A program made the translations under genes and the position numbers. A model generated the notes under the pieces. That model was not told the origin of the DNA, did no database searches, and saw only the letters and a list, made by a program, of their open reading frames with translations. From the NCBI GenBank assembly GCA_963666345.1, contig OY762721.1, positions 288,001-352,000 on the forward strand: a DNA stretch of 64,000 nt, in the 5' to 3' direction. Positions 1 through 10,500 of this stretch are shown in pieces (the first letter of the stretch is position 1; each line of letters starts with the position of its first letter). Origin of the DNA: Desulfatiglandales bacterium (GTDB lineage: Bacteria > Desulfobacterota > DSM-4660 > Desulfatiglandales > Desulfatiglandaceae).

Positions 1-423
1 GAACCCTTTGATTTCCGGGTATACAGGCTGGCAAAAAAGATCGCCGCCGGTGCCGATTTTGTTCAGACCCAGTGCATATACAATATGGACAAATTCAGGG
101 AATTCATGAAAAGGGTCGTTGACATGGGGCTTCATGAGAAGTGCTTCATACTTGCCGGTGTCACCCCCATGAAAAGCGTAGGTATGGCCCGTTATATGGC
201 AAAACAGGTACCAGGCATGGACGTGCCCTCTTCTCTCATAAAAAGGCTTCAGGGGGCTGGAAAGGGTAAAGTGGCGGAGGAGGGAATACAATTCGCCATA
301 GAGCAGATAAATGAGTTCAAGGAGATGGAAGGAATAGCAGGGGTTCACCTGATGGCCATAGAATGGGAGCACCGGGTACCTGAAATCGCCGAAAGGGCGG
401 GTATGCTGCCAAGGCCTCAGTAG
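1..423 (+). CDS. metF: Methylenetetrahydrofolate reductase, 5'-truncated by window edge
   Basis: Frame +1 is open from base 1 (EPFDFRVYRLAKKIAAGADFVQTQCIYNMDK...GVHLMAIEW). It is clearly paralogous to 11737..12666 (DPFEIRVPRLAKKVAAGVEFIQTQCIYN...FHIMAIEW). Confidence 0.92.
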   Translation, partial: EPFDFRVYRLAKKIAAGADFVQTQCIYNMDKFREFMKRVVDMGLHEKCFILAGVTPMKSVGMARYMAKQVPGMDVPSSLIKRLQGAGKGKVAEEGIQFAIEQINEFKEMEGIAGVHLMAIEWEHRVPEIAERAGMLPRPQ

Positions 424-471
424 AGTTTGCCAGAAGACCGTTTTTTTTGTATTTTCACGACAGTAAACTAC

Positions 472-566
472 AAAAGTCCTTTAGGGAATCCTTACGCGAT
501 GAGGGGGTAAAACCGGAACCCGGCAATCTCCTCGCGGGTAAGAATTACCCAAAAGGGCTTTTTTTT
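472..566 (+). terminator. Long (~90 nt) imperfect hairpin followed by a T-tract; terminator and/or structured RNA
   Basis: AAAAGTCCTTT pairs with AAAAGGGCTTTT, GGG..AAT..CTTAC with GTAAG..ATT..CCC, and GAGGGG with CTCCTC. A T-run follows, downstream of the metF stop. Confidence 0.55.
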
Positions 567-663
567 ATTAATCCTTTCTGATATACGTGTATATGCTTGT
601 CACCTTTTGCTCACCATGTTTTATCTGAAAAAAGTTTTTGACGCATATAAGGGCGCCTGTCTT

Positions 664-915
664 ATGATCATAAAGACCAAAAACGGCAGATCTTTTGATA
701 CTGAAAAGGACCTTAATTCCGCTGAGCGGCATATAGTGCAAAAGCTTTTTGCCTGGGAACAGATGGCCGCAAGCCTTGAACAATTCAAGGGGAAAAAGGA
801 AGAAGCACTCAAAAAAGGCTGGAACGGCTCCGGTCCCCTGCGTGAAAGCATCGCGATAAGGATAATTACAAGAGACATGGAACAAAAGGTTAGCGCACGT
901 TTGGCGACCGGTTGA
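664..915 (+). CDS. Small hypothetical protein (83 aa)
   Basis: ORF MIIKTKNGRSFDTEKDL...; protein-like composition; fills the gap between metF and the kinase. ATG 664 is preferred over TTG 607. Confidence 0.65.
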   Translation: MIIKTKNGRSFDTEKDLNSAERHIVQKLFAWEQMAASLEQFKGKKEEALKKGWNGSGPLRESIAIRIITRDMEQKVSARLATG

Positions 916-974
916 CGAAGCTCACAAAACGACGATCACCATGATCGTCCAAAAGGCTTATCCTCTGTGATGCC

Positions 975-2945
975 ATGAATAAAAAGGCCAAAGACGGCGG
1001 GACCCGCGCGGCGACTTTCCCTGCCTCGGAAGTGAACATCCACAAGCCGACCATCTGTTTTGCAATCGTCGGCGGTGGAAAGGAGTGCGCCCTGCTCCTG
1101 CAGAACCTTTACCCGGACGGATTTTCCAGATTAAACATGGAACTGATCGCAATAGCCGACCGGCAAAAGGATGCACCGGGTTACGCATTTGCCGAAAAAT
1201 CCGGTTTATCGGTTTTTACGGATTATAGGCGATTATTTCAGATTAAAGGCCTGAATCTGATCGTGGAATTGACCGGTTCCGATCCGGTCGCGAAAGAGAT
1301 ATACGGAACCAAACCTGATAATATATCTTTCATAGACCACAGCCTGGCTCACCTCATATTTTCTTCCATATTCAGTGAATCCCCGGACAAACTACTTGAC
1401 AGGATATCCATGGATATCTGCATGAAGAGAAAGGAAAAGACCCAAACCGTCCTTGATTCCCTTCCCTATCGCGTAATGGTAGTTAACAGGGATATGACCA
1501 TAAGCATGGTCAACCATACCTTTCTCAGGGAGAAAAATCTTACCTGGGAAGAGGCCATAGGCAAATATTGCTACCAGGTAAGGTACGGACTCAAAAGACC
1601 CTGCTGGCAAAGCGGCATGACCTGCTACCTAAAAGAGGTAAAGGAGAAGGGTGAGATCGTAAGCTCCATACACGAATACCGGGATGAAAAGGGTGAGCAG
1701 CGTTTCGATGTGATCACCGCATCGGCCATACTGGATGATACCGGGAAAATCACCCAGCTCCTTGAGGCCTCAAGGGATGTCACGAAGAGGATAAAGCTTG
1801 AGAAAGACGCCCAGAAATCGAACGTATTTCTGCAGAATGTCATTCAGAGCACGGTAGACGGAATAGTAGTGGTTGATACCAGAGGTTATGTCCTTCTTTT
1901 CAACGAGGGCATGGAAAGGCTTACCGGATATACGGCGGAGGAGATAACCGCAAAAGGTCACGTAAGTTATTTCTATGACATCGACGTGGCCAGGGAAAAC
2001 ATGAAAAAGATGCGCAGTTCCAGGCATGGACCCGTAGGCAAACTTAACCCCATATCCATGTCCGTAACAACAAAACAGGGGGAAGAAATTCCGGTTACCC
2101 TCTCCGCCTCCGTCATAACCATAGATGGAAAGGAGGTGGGAAGTGTCGGTGTGTTCACCGACATGCGTGAAGTCCTGAAGATGCGCAAGGACCTTGAAGA
2201 GGCCCACCTCCAACTGGTGCAATCCGAAAAGATCGCCTCAGTGGGAAAGATGGCGGCAGGAGTCGCCCATGAAATAAACAACCCACTTTCAGGAATCCTT
2301 TTATACGCGGAACTTTTGAAGGAAAATCTGGTCCATAACCAGCAGCACATGAGCGATATACAGGAGATAATCGATCAGACCCTGAGGTGCAAGAAGATAG
2401 TCTCCGAACTTCTGGAGTTCAGTCGTCATTCGGTTGGAAAGGTTTCATCCTTCAGCCTGAAAAAGCTTATAACCAAGTGCATGGACCTGCTCATAAATCA
2501 GGCCATTTTTCACGACATAGACGTAACAACCGACATTGACGGCGACATGCCCGACATAGTCGGGGACATGGGACAGCTTCAACAGGTCTTTACAAATCTT
2601 TTCATAAATGCGGCCGATGCCATGCATGGCAAGGGGAGGCTTGACATTCACGCCTCGTACAATCATGAAAAGGGTTCCTTCAGGGTACTGGTCGCAGACA
2701 CCGGTCCCGGCATACCTGTCCGGGTCAGAGACAAGATCTTCGACATATTCTTTACGACCAAACCCACTGGAAAGGGAACAGGTCTGGGCCTGAGCATATC
2801 TCAGAACATCATCAAGCTTCATGGCGGAACTATTTCCGCGCAATGCCCGCCAGAAGGAGGCACTACCTTTGTGATCGAGATACCGAGGGAATACATGGAG
2901 CCGTTTGCCGATGAAGAGGTATTTATAGGGATGGAAGGACCATGA
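975..2945 (+). CDS. Sensor histidine kinase: N-terminal Rossmann-like domain, 2 PAS, HisKA, HATPase
   Basis: AIVGGG...IAIAD...IVELTG N-terminus; PAS repeats; H-box [11 protein letters not shown]-box [26 protein letters not shown]. Confidence 0.92.
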   Translation: MNKKAKDGGTRAATFPASEVNIHKPTICFAIVGGGKECALLLQNLYPDGFSRLNMELIAIADRQKDAPGYAFAEKSGLSVFTDYRRLFQIKGLNLIVELTGSDPVAKEIYGTKPDNISFIDHSLAHLIFSSIFSESPDKLLDRISMDICMKRKEKTQTVLDSLPYRVMVVNRDMTISMVNHTFLREKNLTWEEAIGKYCYQVRYGLKRPCWQSGMTCYLKEVKEKGEIVSSIHEYRDEKGEQRFDVITASAILDDTGKITQLLEASRDVTKRIKLEKDAQKSNVFLQNVIQSTVDGIVVVDTRGYVLLFNEGMERLTGYTAEEITAKGHVSYFYDIDVARENMKKMRSSRHGPVGKLNPISMSVTTKQGEEIPVTLSASVITIDGKEVGSVGVFTDMREVLKMRKDLEEAHLQLVQSEKIASVGKMAAGVAHEINNPLSGILLYAELLKENLVHNQQHMSDIQEIIDQTLRCKKIVSELLEFSRHSVGKVSSFSLKKLITKCMDLLINQAIFHDIDVTTDIDGDMPDIVGDMGQLQQVFTNLFINAADAMHGKGRLDIHASYNHEKGSFRVLVADTGPGIPVRVRDKIFDIFFTTKPTGKGTGLGLSISQNIIKLHGGTISAQCPPEGGTTFVIEIPREYMEPFADEEVFIGMEGP

Positions 2946-4438
2946 ATGAAAAGACAGCCGTACTGGTGGTAGATGATGAAAGGTCGATTAGGGAAGGATG
3001 CCGCCGCCTTTTGACTGGAAGAGGCTTTTCCGTTGATACCGCTGAAAACGGACGGGTGGCCCTGGAGATACTTTCAAAAGCCCGCGTGGATATCATGCTC
3101 CTTGACCTTAAGATGCCTGTCATGGGAGGAGAAGAGTTACTGGGCATAGTCCGGAACAGCCACCCCCATATCCCGGTCATAATAATAACGGGACACGGAA
3201 CGGTTGATACGGCGGTTGAATGCATGAAAAACGGGGCCTATGATTTCATAACAAAGCCCTTTGAGGTCGACCAGTTTCTTCTTACCATAAACAGGGCTGC
3301 CGAAAAAAAACGCCTTGAACAGAGGGCAAGGCTCTTTGAAGAGGAAAACATAAAGAATCTATATGACATCACACTAGAAAAGAGTCGCCTCAGGACGATC
3401 ATCAACTGCATGGCAAACGGAGTAATGGTAACCAATCGCAATCTTGAGGTGGTCCTTCACAATCCGGCGCTCATGAGGCTGATGGAAATCCCGGAACAAA
3501 CCAGGACACCCGTTCCTATAAGCAAGATAATTGACAGCAAGTCTCTCATAGAGACTATAAGACAGATTCAAAACGGCGAAACCGGCCAGAGTGAGTTTAT
3601 CGCCCAGGAGATTCGGGTGGGGTCAAACATCCTGAGGGCGATTTCGGCGCCCGCTTTCGGGGTTGACCGGCATGTCTTTTTGAGTGTGGTAGGCGCGGTC
3701 ACCGTACTTGAGGACATTACGGCCTTCAAACAGCTCGATTTGATGAAGACGAACTTTGTCAACATGGTTGCACATGAACTCAGAAGCCCTCTGGTATCGA
3801 TAAGGCAGCTCAACAGCGTACTATGCGAGGGCCTGGCCGGGGAACTGGGTCTGAAGCAGAAAGACTATGTGGAAAGGGGTATAAAAAAGATCGATGTATT
3901 GCTGGAACTGATAAACGACCTGCTTGATGTCGCCAGGATCGAGGCGGGAAAGGTCGTGCAGCACAGGGTGCCGACCGATCTGCTCTCAATCATGGAAAAC
4001 ACGATTTCCCTCATGGAACAGCATGCCGCAGAAAAGCAAATAAAGATAATCCTTGAGTGCGGCGACATACGGCCTATCCAGGCGGATCCAAAGAACATGG
4101 AGGAGCTGTTCACCAATCTTCTCAGTAATGCCGTCAACTACTCCCCGGGAGGTGGTGAAATACGAGTCTCGGCCAAAGGACACGCCGGGTACGTGCAGAT
4201 AATGGTCGAGGACACCGGCATCGGAATACCGGTGGAAGAACTTCCCAAGATTTTCGATCAGTTTTACCGAGTAAAACACCCAAGTACACGCCAGGTAATA
4301 GGTACGGGTCTCGGGCTCTCGATCGTAAAGGGCATAGTCGAGGCCCACCATGGGAAGATAGAAGTGGAAAGTGTCATCAACAAGGGGACCTCATTTAAGA
4401 TTCTTCTGCCCTTAACAGCTGAAACGGTCGATCAATGA
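2942..4438 (+). CDS. Hybrid protein: receiver-PAS-histidine kinase
   Basis: REC (LVVDDE, LLDLKMP, ITGHG, KPF); H-box AHELRSPL; NLLSNAVNY; GTGLGL; 4-bp overlap with the upstream gene. Confidence 0.92.
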   Translation: MNEKTAVLVVDDERSIREGCRRLLTGRGFSVDTAENGRVALEILSKARVDIMLLDLKMPVMGGEELLGIVRNSHPHIPVIIITGHGTVDTAVECMKNGAYDFITKPFEVDQFLLTINRAAEKKRLEQRARLFEEENIKNLYDITLEKSRLRTIINCMANGVMVTNRNLEVVLHNPALMRLMEIPEQTRTPVPISKIIDSKSLIETIRQIQNGETGQSEFIAQEIRVGSNILRAISAPAFGVDRHVFLSVVGAVTVLEDITAFKQLDLMKTNFVNMVAHELRSPLVSIRQLNSVLCEGLAGELGLKQKDYVERGIKKIDVLLELINDLLDVARIEAGKVVQHRVPTDLLSIMENTISLMEQHAAEKQIKIILECGDIRPIQADPKNMEELFTNLLSNAVNYSPGGGEIRVSAKGHAGYVQIMVEDTGIGIPVEELPKIFDQFYRVKHPSTRQVIGTGLGLSIVKGIVEAHHGKIEVESVINKGTSFKILLPLTAETVDQ

Positions 4439-5796
4439 CGCACGATATGCAAGACAGACAGGTTCTGGTTATTGACGATGAATCCGTTGTCAGAAAGGCG
4501 ATAAGCAGGGCACTTCAAAACAAGGGCATGATGGTGAAGACCGCTAAAAGCGGCCACGATGCAGTGGATCTGCTGAAAGGCGCCCCGTTTGACCTCATTC
4601 TGCTCGATATCCGAATGCCGGACATGGACGGAATAAGCCTTTTAAAAATAATCCGCTCCAGTTATCCCAAAACCCCGGTTATCATGATAACCGGTTATCC
4701 CAGCATTGACTCGGCCGTTCGGTGCGTCAGGCTCGGCGCCCTTGACTACCTTGTCAAACCGTTCCGGCTCGATGATCTGGATGCGGCCCTTGCCAAGGGC
4801 CTCACCCCGGAGCGACCCGATGCGATCCGGGGAAAAAGCCCGCACGCAGTGCCGATCGACTCCAAAAGGAACCTCATTATCGGCGAAAGTCGCCCAATGG
4901 CAGATCTTTATGAAAAGATATTGAAGGTGGCTCCCACTGACAGCACGGTACTTATCACGGGTGAGAGCGGTACCGGAAAGGAACTGGTAGCAAGGGCCAT
5001 ACATGTCAACAGTCTCAGAAAAAACAGGGAATTCGTTGCGGTTGACTGCTCCTCACTTGTGGAAAGCCTTCTTGAAAGCGAGCTGTTCGGTCATGTAAAG
5101 GGTTCATTTACAGGGGCTCATAATACCAAGCATGGCTTTTTTGAACTTGCCAACCAGGGCACATTCTTTTTTGACGAGATATCCAACCTGAGCCTCAATA
5201 TCCAGGCAAAACTCCTGAGGGTGGTTCAGGAAAGGGAATTCATGAAGGTGGGAGGCCACAAGAGGATAAGACTGGATATCCGAATAATTTCCGCATCCAA
5301 TAAAAACCTTGAACAGTCGATTCAAACAGGTGATTTCAGAGAAGACCTCTTTTACCGTATCAGCGTTGTCCCGATTCATCTGCCCCCCTTAAGACAGAGG
5401 AAGGCGGATATCCCGATCCTTACTCAACATTTCCTCAACAGATTCAGCCGCAAGATAAAGCGCCCCAAGCCTGAAATAACTCCCGACGCAATGGAGATAC
5501 TGATGGAGTATTCCTGGCCCGGTAATGTAAGGGAGCTGGAACATACGATCGAGAGGATACTCATACTTGAAGACACCGACATAATACGCCCGAGTGATCT
5601 TCCCTCCTTCATATCTCAACGCATGGGCGAATTTCAGATGTATTCGGAAGAACCTTTCAGCCTGGAAGAGCTTGAAAAAAAATATATACGTTTCGTGCTG
5701 AGAAGGACAAAAGGGAAAAAGGCAAAAGCGGCACAGGTGCTCGGCATCAACCGCAAGACCCTTGGCCTCAAGATCAAAAAATACGACCTCTACTGA
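4435..5796 (+). CDS. Sigma-54-dependent response regulator (NtrC family: REC-AAA+-Fis HTH)
   Basis: GESGTGKE Walker A; ESELFGHVKGSFTGA; FFDEI; WPGNVRELE; C-terminal AAQVLGINRKTL HTH. Confidence 0.95.
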   Translation: MTHDMQDRQVLVIDDESVVRKAISRALQNKGMMVKTAKSGHDAVDLLKGAPFDLILLDIRMPDMDGISLLKIIRSSYPKTPVIMITGYPSIDSAVRCVRLGALDYLVKPFRLDDLDAALAKGLTPERPDAIRGKSPHAVPIDSKRNLIIGESRPMADLYEKILKVAPTDSTVLITGESGTGKELVARAIHVNSLRKNREFVAVDCSSLVESLLESELFGHVKGSFTGAHNTKHGFFELANQGTFFFDEISNLSLNIQAKLLRVVQEREFMKVGGHKRIRLDIRIISASNKNLEQSIQTGDFREDLFYRISVVPIHLPPLRQRKADIPILTQHFLNRFSRKIKRPKPEITPDAMEILMEYSWPGNVRELEHTIERILILEDTDIIRPSDLPSFISQRMGEFQMYSEEPFSLEELEKKYIRFVLRRTKGKKAKAAQVLGINRKTLGLKIKKYDLY

Positions 5797-5820
5797 GGTG
5801 CAAAACCGCCAGTGCTACGA

Positions 5821-5867
5821 GTAATATTGTCACATTTGAGATATTTTATCGCCTGTGATAATTTCTC
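5821..5867. promoter_or_regulatory. Three 13-bp pseudo-palindromic boxes at 17-bp period; putative enhancer (UAS)
   Basis: GTAATATTGTCAC (5821), GAGATATTTTATC (5838) and GTGATAATTTCTC (5855), about 220-270 bp upstream of a -24/-12 promoter. Confidence 0.5.
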
Positions 5868-6085
5868 TTTATTTTTCAGGCAGTTATGCCAAAACATAGT
5901 TAAGGCACCGTTACAAATTGCCCCGAAAATTTCCTGCCATGGCCTGTTATGCCGGCTGGACCATATCCCTTCCGGTTTTCTCTCAAGCCGGGTCAACAAA
6001 TATTTCAAGGGGATATTCACCTCTTTTTGGTTAAAATGCCTTTCACCGCCCAAAATAAATCGGATCTTTCATGAGCCATAATTCA

Positions 6086-6102
6086 AAGGTACGAATATTG
6101 CT
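6086..6102 (+). promoter_or_regulatory. Sigma-54 (-24/-12) promoter
   Basis: aaGGTACGAATATTGCt: GG at 6088-89 and GC at 6100-01 with exactly 10 nt between; close to the TGGCACG-N4-TTGC consensus; next to a sigma-54 activator gene. Confidence 0.75.
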
Positions 6103-6287
6103 GTGTAATCTCTTAACATGTTATTTCCAATCCTGATTAGATGTCCATCCGGAAACCGGATTACAGGCATCGGCAAATTTCCGGACTGAACCTGGAACCT
6201 GGACATGTGACAACAAACGATATTTTGCCGTGTTGTCTTTACGATCCGCCGTAATCGACCCGTCCGATTGGGGGAAAGCAGTCGACC

Positions 6288-6662
6288 ATGGGCATTTCAG
6301 AATCGATATTAATCGCGGAACCTGTTGAGGGAATCTCAAGCGAACTGGACCGGTTTCTGAGTGAGACAGGTCTCAGCAGCGTGAGGGCGAAATCGCTTAA
6401 AGAGACAATACTCTGCCTCCAGGCTCAGAGATTTGATGCACTAATCCTTGATTCATCCCTTCTTGAACAGGACTGCGGATTCATATCCATAATCAAGGGG
6501 ATAGAAGAACAACTCCCCATCATAATCTGCGCCGACGTAAACACGCCTCAGCTTGAAAGCGATATACGTCAGCAGGGTATTTTCTACTACCACATAAAGT
6601 CCTTTGGAATCCAGGAACTGGAAATGGCAATTTCCAACGCCATCAAGAGGCAATCCTGTTGA
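6288..6662 (+). CDS. Stand-alone atypical receiver-domain protein
   Basis: REC-like pattern (ILIAE, ALILD, PIIIC, YYHIKSF) but lacks the DD acidic pocket and the KP motif. Confidence 0.7.
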   Translation: MGISESILIAEPVEGISSELDRFLSETGLSSVRAKSLKETILCLQAQRFDALILDSSLLEQDCGFISIIKGIEEQLPIIICADVNTPQLESDIRQQGIFYYHIKSFGIQELEMAISNAIKRQSC

Positions 6663-6679
6663 CTCAGGAGGTCGACCGA

Positions 6680-7555
6680 ATGTCTATCAGTGAAAAGATC
6701 GAAGCTGGAAAATATGTTCTTCTAGGAGAATTTGAACCACCTAAAGGTCCTAATTTTTCGGGCCTTTTACGTAACGCCAATCACGTCAAGGGGCGGCTTG
6801 ACGCCCTTGTAATTCCTGAGATGGCAAATGCGGTTGTCAAGGCCAGTTCCCTGGGCGGATGCGCGTTTCTGGCAAGACACGGCTTTAATGCCGTGTTCCA
6901 GGCCTCCTGCCGCGACAGAAACAGACTGGCCCTGCAGGCCGATCTGCTGGCCGCTTCCGCCCTCGGCGTATCAGATATGATGGCGGTTAACGGCGAGGAT
7001 ATAAGATTCGGAGATCAACCCCAGGCAAGATCGGTATATGACGTTGATCTCATGCAGCTTATTGAAACCATGGCCGGTCTTAGAAAAGGAAAGGATATGG
7101 CCGGGATAGAACTGAACAGCACCCCGCGCTTCTCAATAGGCGCCACGATAAATGCGGGCGCTATGGGCGGGGCCCTGGACATAGAACTTGAGAACCTTGA
7201 GAAGATGATAGATCAAGGTGTTGAATTTGTTATCACAACTCCCGTATTCGACATGCACCGCTTTAATCAGTTTGCAAGGAGAATAGCAGGAATGAGCATC
7301 TCGGTCATCCCAACGGTCCTCTTGTTGAAATCAGCGGGAATGGCCCGCTATATCGACAGGAATATAAAGAACATCTCCATCCCCTCAGACCTAATAAGAG
7401 ACATTCAAAAATCGCCTGATAAACTAAAGCAATGCATTAAGATTACTGCTGATCTTATTGTAAAATTTAAGGAAAAAGGAATGGCAGGAGTCATGATATC
7501 AACCATGGGGTGGGAGGACAGGCTGCCCCTGATCCTTGATGAGGCCAGACTCTGA
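6680..7555 (+). CDS. MetF-like protein with degenerate active site
   Basis: EFEPPKG, CRDRNRLALQADLLAA, FGDQPQARSVYDVD and GVEFVITTP align with MetF. SD AGGAGG precedes ATG 6680. Confidence 0.85.
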   Translation: MSISEKIEAGKYVLLGEFEPPKGPNFSGLLRNANHVKGRLDALVIPEMANAVVKASSLGGCAFLARHGFNAVFQASCRDRNRLALQADLLAASALGVSDMMAVNGEDIRFGDQPQARSVYDVDLMQLIETMAGLRKGKDMAGIELNSTPRFSIGATINAGAMGGALDIELENLEKMIDQGVEFVITTPVFDMHRFNQFARRIAGMSISVIPTVLLLKSAGMARYIDRNIKNISIPSDLIRDIQKSPDKLKQCIKITADLIVKFKEKGMAGVMISTMGWEDRLPLILDEARL

Positions 7556-7580
7556 TAATCAAAAAAGGCGAGGTGTTTTC

Positions 7581-10500
7581 ATGACGGCATCAGGTAAGGC
7601 TCCAAGCGGTTCGGTCATGGTCGTCGGTGCAGGGATAACCGGTATGCAGGCGGCCCTGGACCTGGCTAGTTCCGGCTACTATGTTCATCTGGTGGAGAAC
7701 TCATCAAGCATAGGAGGAATGATGGCCAGGCTGGACAAGACCTTCCCTACCAACGACTGCGCCATGTGAATAATCTCGCCCAAACTGGTCGAGGTCGGCC
7801 GGCACCTGAACATAAACATAATCACCAACAGCTCAATAGAATCCATAAGCGGTGAGCCTGGAGATTTTTCAGTCGCCCTCCTTAACCGCCCGAGGTATGT
7901 CGACACGGAAAAATGTACCGGTTGCGGGGAATGCGCCAAGTATTGTCCCATATCCGTTCAAAATCTCTACAATCTCGGCCTTGACCGCAGGAATGCAACC
8001 TATATGGAATATCCTCAGGCAATTCCGCTTGCATTCGCAATAGACGATGAGTCATGCATCGGCTGCGGTCTCTGCGAAAAGATGTGCATTGCAGGAGCCA
8101 TCAACTATGAAGACAGGGCGAGGACCTCGATCCTTGACGTGGGCGCCTTGATTCTATGTCCCGGAAGCAAGGGGTTTGATCCTTCCGGGCTGGACATATA
8201 TGGCTACGGCAGGCACGCTAACGTTGTTACAAGCGAGGAGTTCGAAAGGATTCTGAGCGCCTCAGGGCCATATAGAGGCAACCTGATGAGGCCGCTTGAC
8301 AGGGAGGCGCCTCAAAAAATCGCCTGGATCCAGTGTGTGGGCTCAAGAGACACGAATCGATGCGACAAGGGATACTGCTCCTCCGTATGCTGCATGTATG
8401 CCATCAAAGAGGCCATGATAGCCAAAGAGCACTGCCAGGGCCGGCTGGAATGCAAGATCTTCAACATGGATATGAGGACATTTGGAAAGGATTATGAAAG
8501 ATATCTTCTCAGGGCCAGGGATGAAGCGGGAATAAAATTTATCAAATCAAGGATCCATACCATAGATGAGATAAGGGAATCCGGGGATCTTTCCATAACA
8601 TACTCGGATGAGCTGGGACAGCTGCTCACCGAGACCTTTAACATGGTCGTCCTGTCGGTGGGGCTAGAGATACCCCCATCCGTAATAGAGCTTGCAGGGC
8701 GTATAGGGGTGGAAACCGACTCATACGGCTTCGCAAAATCATCTCCCCTTGATCCGGTTGAAAGCTCAAGGCCGGGTATTTTTCTGGCCGGAGTCTTTCA
8801 GGGCCCCAAGGATATCCCCGCCTCCGTTACAGAGGCAAGCGCCGCGGCCTGTTCTGTTTCCACCATTCTGTCCGATTCAAGGGGCAAGGACGCAAAAGAT
8901 TTTCACGTTCCGGCCGAAAAGGACGTGTCTCTGGAAGAGCCTAGGATAGGGGTCTTTGTCTGTAACTGCGGAATAAACATAGCAGGGGTGGTGGATGTGC
9001 CGACGGTGACGGCCTATGCCGCACGCCTGCCTTTTGTGACCTTTGCCGATCACAATCTATTTACCTGCTCTCAGGATACACAGGACAAGATAAGAGAGGT
9101 TATAAGGAAAAAGGGCCTCAACCGGGTAGTGGTTGCCTCATGTTCTCCAAGGACGCACGAGGCGCTTTTTCAGGAGACCCTGCAGGCCTGCGGCCTCAAT
9201 AAATACCTTTTCGAGATGGCCAACATAAGGGATCAGGACTCATGGGTGCATGCAAACGATCCGGAAGCGGCCACGGAAAAGGCGAAAGATCTTGTCAGGA
9301 TGGCCGTGGCACGGGCGGGGCTTCTCAAACCTCTTAAGGAAAAACGGATACCCATCAACAAACGGGCACTGGTGATAGGTGGAGGCGTATCCGGGATGAA
9401 CAGCGCCCTGGGGCTTGCCGATCAGGGCTTTGACGTCGTTCTTGTCGAAAAGGAGGTCGGGCTGGGGGGACTGTCATCAGAGCTAATCAGGACTATTGAA
9501 GGTAAAGACATTCAAAGATACCTTCTTGAGACGATCGAAAAAGTGAGCAGCCATGAAAGGATTCAGGTGCTGCTTGGATCCCTTATCGTCGGCTTCACCG
9601 GATTCAAGGGCAACTTTACCACAGAGGTAATTGTAGGCCCAGGCATGTATGAACGCAAGATTGACCATGGAGTGGCCATACTGGCCACGGGCGCAAAAGA
9701 ATACCGGCCCACGGAGTATTTTTACGGTCAGGACCCTCATGTCCTAACCCAGATAGAACTGGGGCAGAGGCTCGACCTGAAAGGGGCTGATGATCTCAAA
9801 AACGTGGTAATGATCCAGTGCGTCGGATCAAGGAACAGGGAAAACCCAATATGTTCCCGTGTGTGCTGTCAAAGCGCCGTAAAAAACGCGATCCTAATAA
9901 AGGAACTCAACCCTCAAACCAACGTGTACATACTTTATCGTGACATGCGCACCTACGGCATGATGGAGAGATACTATTCCGAGGCAAGACAGAGGGGTAT
10001 AATATTTGTCCGCTTTTCAGAGGAGCGCCCTCCCCTTGTCGAACAGGGTGAAGAAGGACTGTCGGTCACCTTCAGGGACCATATAATAGATATGGACTTA
10101 AGGATCAATGCCGATCTGCTGGTATTGAGCGCCGGCATGGTACCTGAAAACACCCGGGAGCTGGCCTCGATAATGAAATTGCCCAGGAACGGAGAAGGAT
10201 ACTTTATTGAGGCCCATGCGAAGCTTCGTCCGGTGGATCTGGCAAATGAAGGCATATTCATATGCGGGACAGCACACAGTCCGAAACTGATATCCGAATC
10301 GATTACCCAGGCAAAGGCTGCCGCATCAAGGGCCGCGACCTTCTTATCACAGCCGGAGATAGTGCTTTCCGCCGTGACCGCGAAGGTAGATCCGGACATG
10401 TGCGCCTCATGCCTCATATGCGTAAGGTCCTGTCCTTACGGGGTGCCCAGGATAAACCAGGAGGGGGTAAGCGAAATAGACGAGGCCCTGTGTCACGGAT

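Noticed and set aside
6160..6230. GGCAAA-containing leader as a c-di-GMP-I riboswitch
   Set aside because: No GNRA-capped P2 followed by GACGCAAAGC, and no P3 motif.
7536..8043. hdrA as a pseudogene or two separate genes (ORFs 7536..7769 and 8004..10607)
   Set aside because: Same frame, single TGA at a Cys column and a SECIS-like hairpin; Sec readthrough explains it better.
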